64,000 bases of DNA from assembly GCA_976226885.1 (NCBI GenBank), contig OZ320321.1, forward strand, positions 50,902,001 through 50,966,000, given 5' to 3'. This DNA is from Iphione sp. A-MEVVRFRX5 (Eukaryota). The notes below the pieces were generated by a model that saw only the letters and a list, made by a program, of their open reading frames with translations, was not told where the DNA came from and made no database searches. Positions 62,178-64,000 of the stretch are shown one piece after another. The translations under genes and the position numbers were made by a program. The first letter of the stretch is position 1; every line of letters starts with the position of its first letter.

Positions 62178-63502
62178 CTGCATTATAAACGATTAACCAA
62201 ATTCGCGTGGGCGTAATAATAATTTTGCATGTTTACTAGATCTGCTTATCATGACAAGAAATACGAATCTAGGATTTATTTAGAAGGAAAGTTCTGAACA
62301 ACAGAACATTTCGTCAAGTGGAGAACGACACGTACTAATCTGGACTACACGGTTGTCTATGGAATGCATTTTTTATTTAAGGGTACAGTCTTATCAGATC
62401 CCCCTCAGCAAAAAAACCTGATCAACTCGAGAATACTGAAGGGAATAGATATGTATCAAGCCCTAATCCTGCTAGAGTACTATTTACCGGATACATTTAA
62501 TCAGTTATGCATACAGACATATCACTCGAAGTGTGTGTTGTACTCGGTGATTGCTCAAAGAATACTTTCTTGCACCGGTTCGCTATGCCTTTGTCCTGCT
62601 TTCATACTTGTGTTGCGGTGAAGTTTGAGGTCAAATAGTCCAGGTTGTGTTAAAAATCAGGTAAAATAACGAGATTGCTAATACAAGAAGTAGTTACAAA
62701 GAAACATGTCCTTAACTGGAACTCCTATCATCCATATCCTTCACAAAAAACATGAAATCAGATGGTTAGGTTTGACCGTAAATGTATATACATGTACGTG
62801 TATAAGAAAGAAAATGCCCTTGATCGTCACCTTCTTTTTTAAAAATGCACTAGGATCTCTGGTTAAGCCTCAAAGCGACCGTCGTCACATGAGTAATAAT
62901 ATATGTGTAAAAACCATTACATATTCAGTCAATCGCCCTCACTAGGAGGATTGAATTGCGGTCTATGATCGAAAGATCTACAACTCGACTGAAGACAGGG
63001 GGCTTCCCTTAGCATGCAACACCGATCAGGTAGCTAACAAAGTTGTCCTCCGTCGAACTTCTTAATGCAAACTCTAAGTATGTATGCATGTAACCATGTG
63101 CTTGAACGGATCAAAATAGGGTATCTCTTGTAAAGAAAGTCCCTTCGAAGACTTATCAACACCTGCCAATGAAAACACTTTAATTATGCTCCTAGATGAA
63201 GAAGATGGAAACATTTTATTTTTTCGAGGAGCAGGAAAGCAATGTGATTTGCACTTTGAGTCTTAACAAAGACACGTTACATGTTTTGGTTTATGAGAGG
63301 GTTCCATGAAGTACAGTAAAACCTCACTATTCCATCACCTCTCATTTCCAGAACCCTCACGATTCCACACACAATTCCTTGAAACAGGATAGATTCCTCT
63401 ATATCCCTAAATATCACTCCCTCAGTATTCCAGGCATGAAACTAGAGTGAAATAGGGCTCCCTCCCCTTGTGACATCATCTCTCTAATATGTTCATGCCT
63501 CT

Positions 63503-63703
63503 GTAGCAATACCCTCAGCTTTCTCTGATGTGTTCGTATCTCTCCAGCAATACCCTTAGCCTCCACTGCTTTGTTTGCACCACTCCAGCAATGCCCTCAG
63601 CCTTCTCTGCAGTGTTTGTACATCTCCAACAATACCCTCAACCTCCTCTGATGTGTTTATAACTCTCCAGTAATACCCTCAACCAAGTCTGATATGTTCT
63701 CCC
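63503..63703. repeat. 41-bp minisatellite, about 5 diverged copies
   Basis: Units start at 63503, 63544, 63585, 63626 and 63667. Consensus approximately CCAGCAATACCCTCAGCCTYCTCTGATGTGTTTGTAYMTCT. Confidence 0.9.
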
Positions 63704-64000
63704 TCTCCACCTGTACCCTAAAACCTCTTAGACTCAACCCTAATCTAACGCCCTTGATAACCATCATGAACAGTATTTCTTTAATAATTCCAGTAAAATA
63801 GAGCTCCCTCATTAGTTCACCCCCTCACTATTGCAGGCATATTCACTTGAAACCATGCAGTGCAGGAATAACGATGTTCTACTCTATATCAGGAAAGGGG
63901 GAGAGTAAGGGTAATTACTTAATTCTATGGCAGGGGAGGCACTTTTACATTTCTATGACGTGCAGATGAACAGTACTGACTGTGTTCAAAATCTGAGGGA

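Noticed and set aside
63503-63703. Regularly spaced repeats resembling a CRISPR array
   Set aside because: The whole unit is repeated with no unique spacers, there are no cas genes, and the context is eukaryotic.

Overview
This is eukaryotic, intron-rich genomic DNA, not prokaryotic. It is most likely a lancelet (Branchiostoma); this is inferred from GC3-rich exons in AT-rich introns, an FSTL4/5-type gene and very abundant TACATGTA octamers. Most short ORFs in the track are noise. Three spliced genes were assembled by hand from GT-AG sites with consistent phases. (1) A partial, unidentified + strand gene with acidic/charged low-complexity exons (2562-2911, 5943-6382). (2) A + strand follistatin-related FSTL4/FSTL5-type gene with 12 exons (25722-44680, about 844 codons). 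It encodes FOLN-Kazal, a charged insert, two EF-hands, two Ig domains and a C-terminal beta-propeller-like region; its signal-peptide exon was not found. (3) A convergent - strand gene with at least 7 exons (62177 to 49665, about 2575 codons, 5' end not located) and two exons over 3 kb, encoding an unidentified disordered/coiled-coil protein. Gene 3 is the most interesting object. It has a TQT-type (dynein light chain LC8-like) motif array next to a coiled coil, four copies of a [DE]-x-[LI]-[LV]-x-[KR]-Y motif, acidic SIM/LIR-like strands, and a 42-nt tandem duplication of a splice acceptor that would add exactly two heptads. The non-coding DNA holds several MITE-like elements, micro- and minisatellites and compact promoter-like motif clusters. 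No tRNA, rRNA or CRISPR array could be supported.
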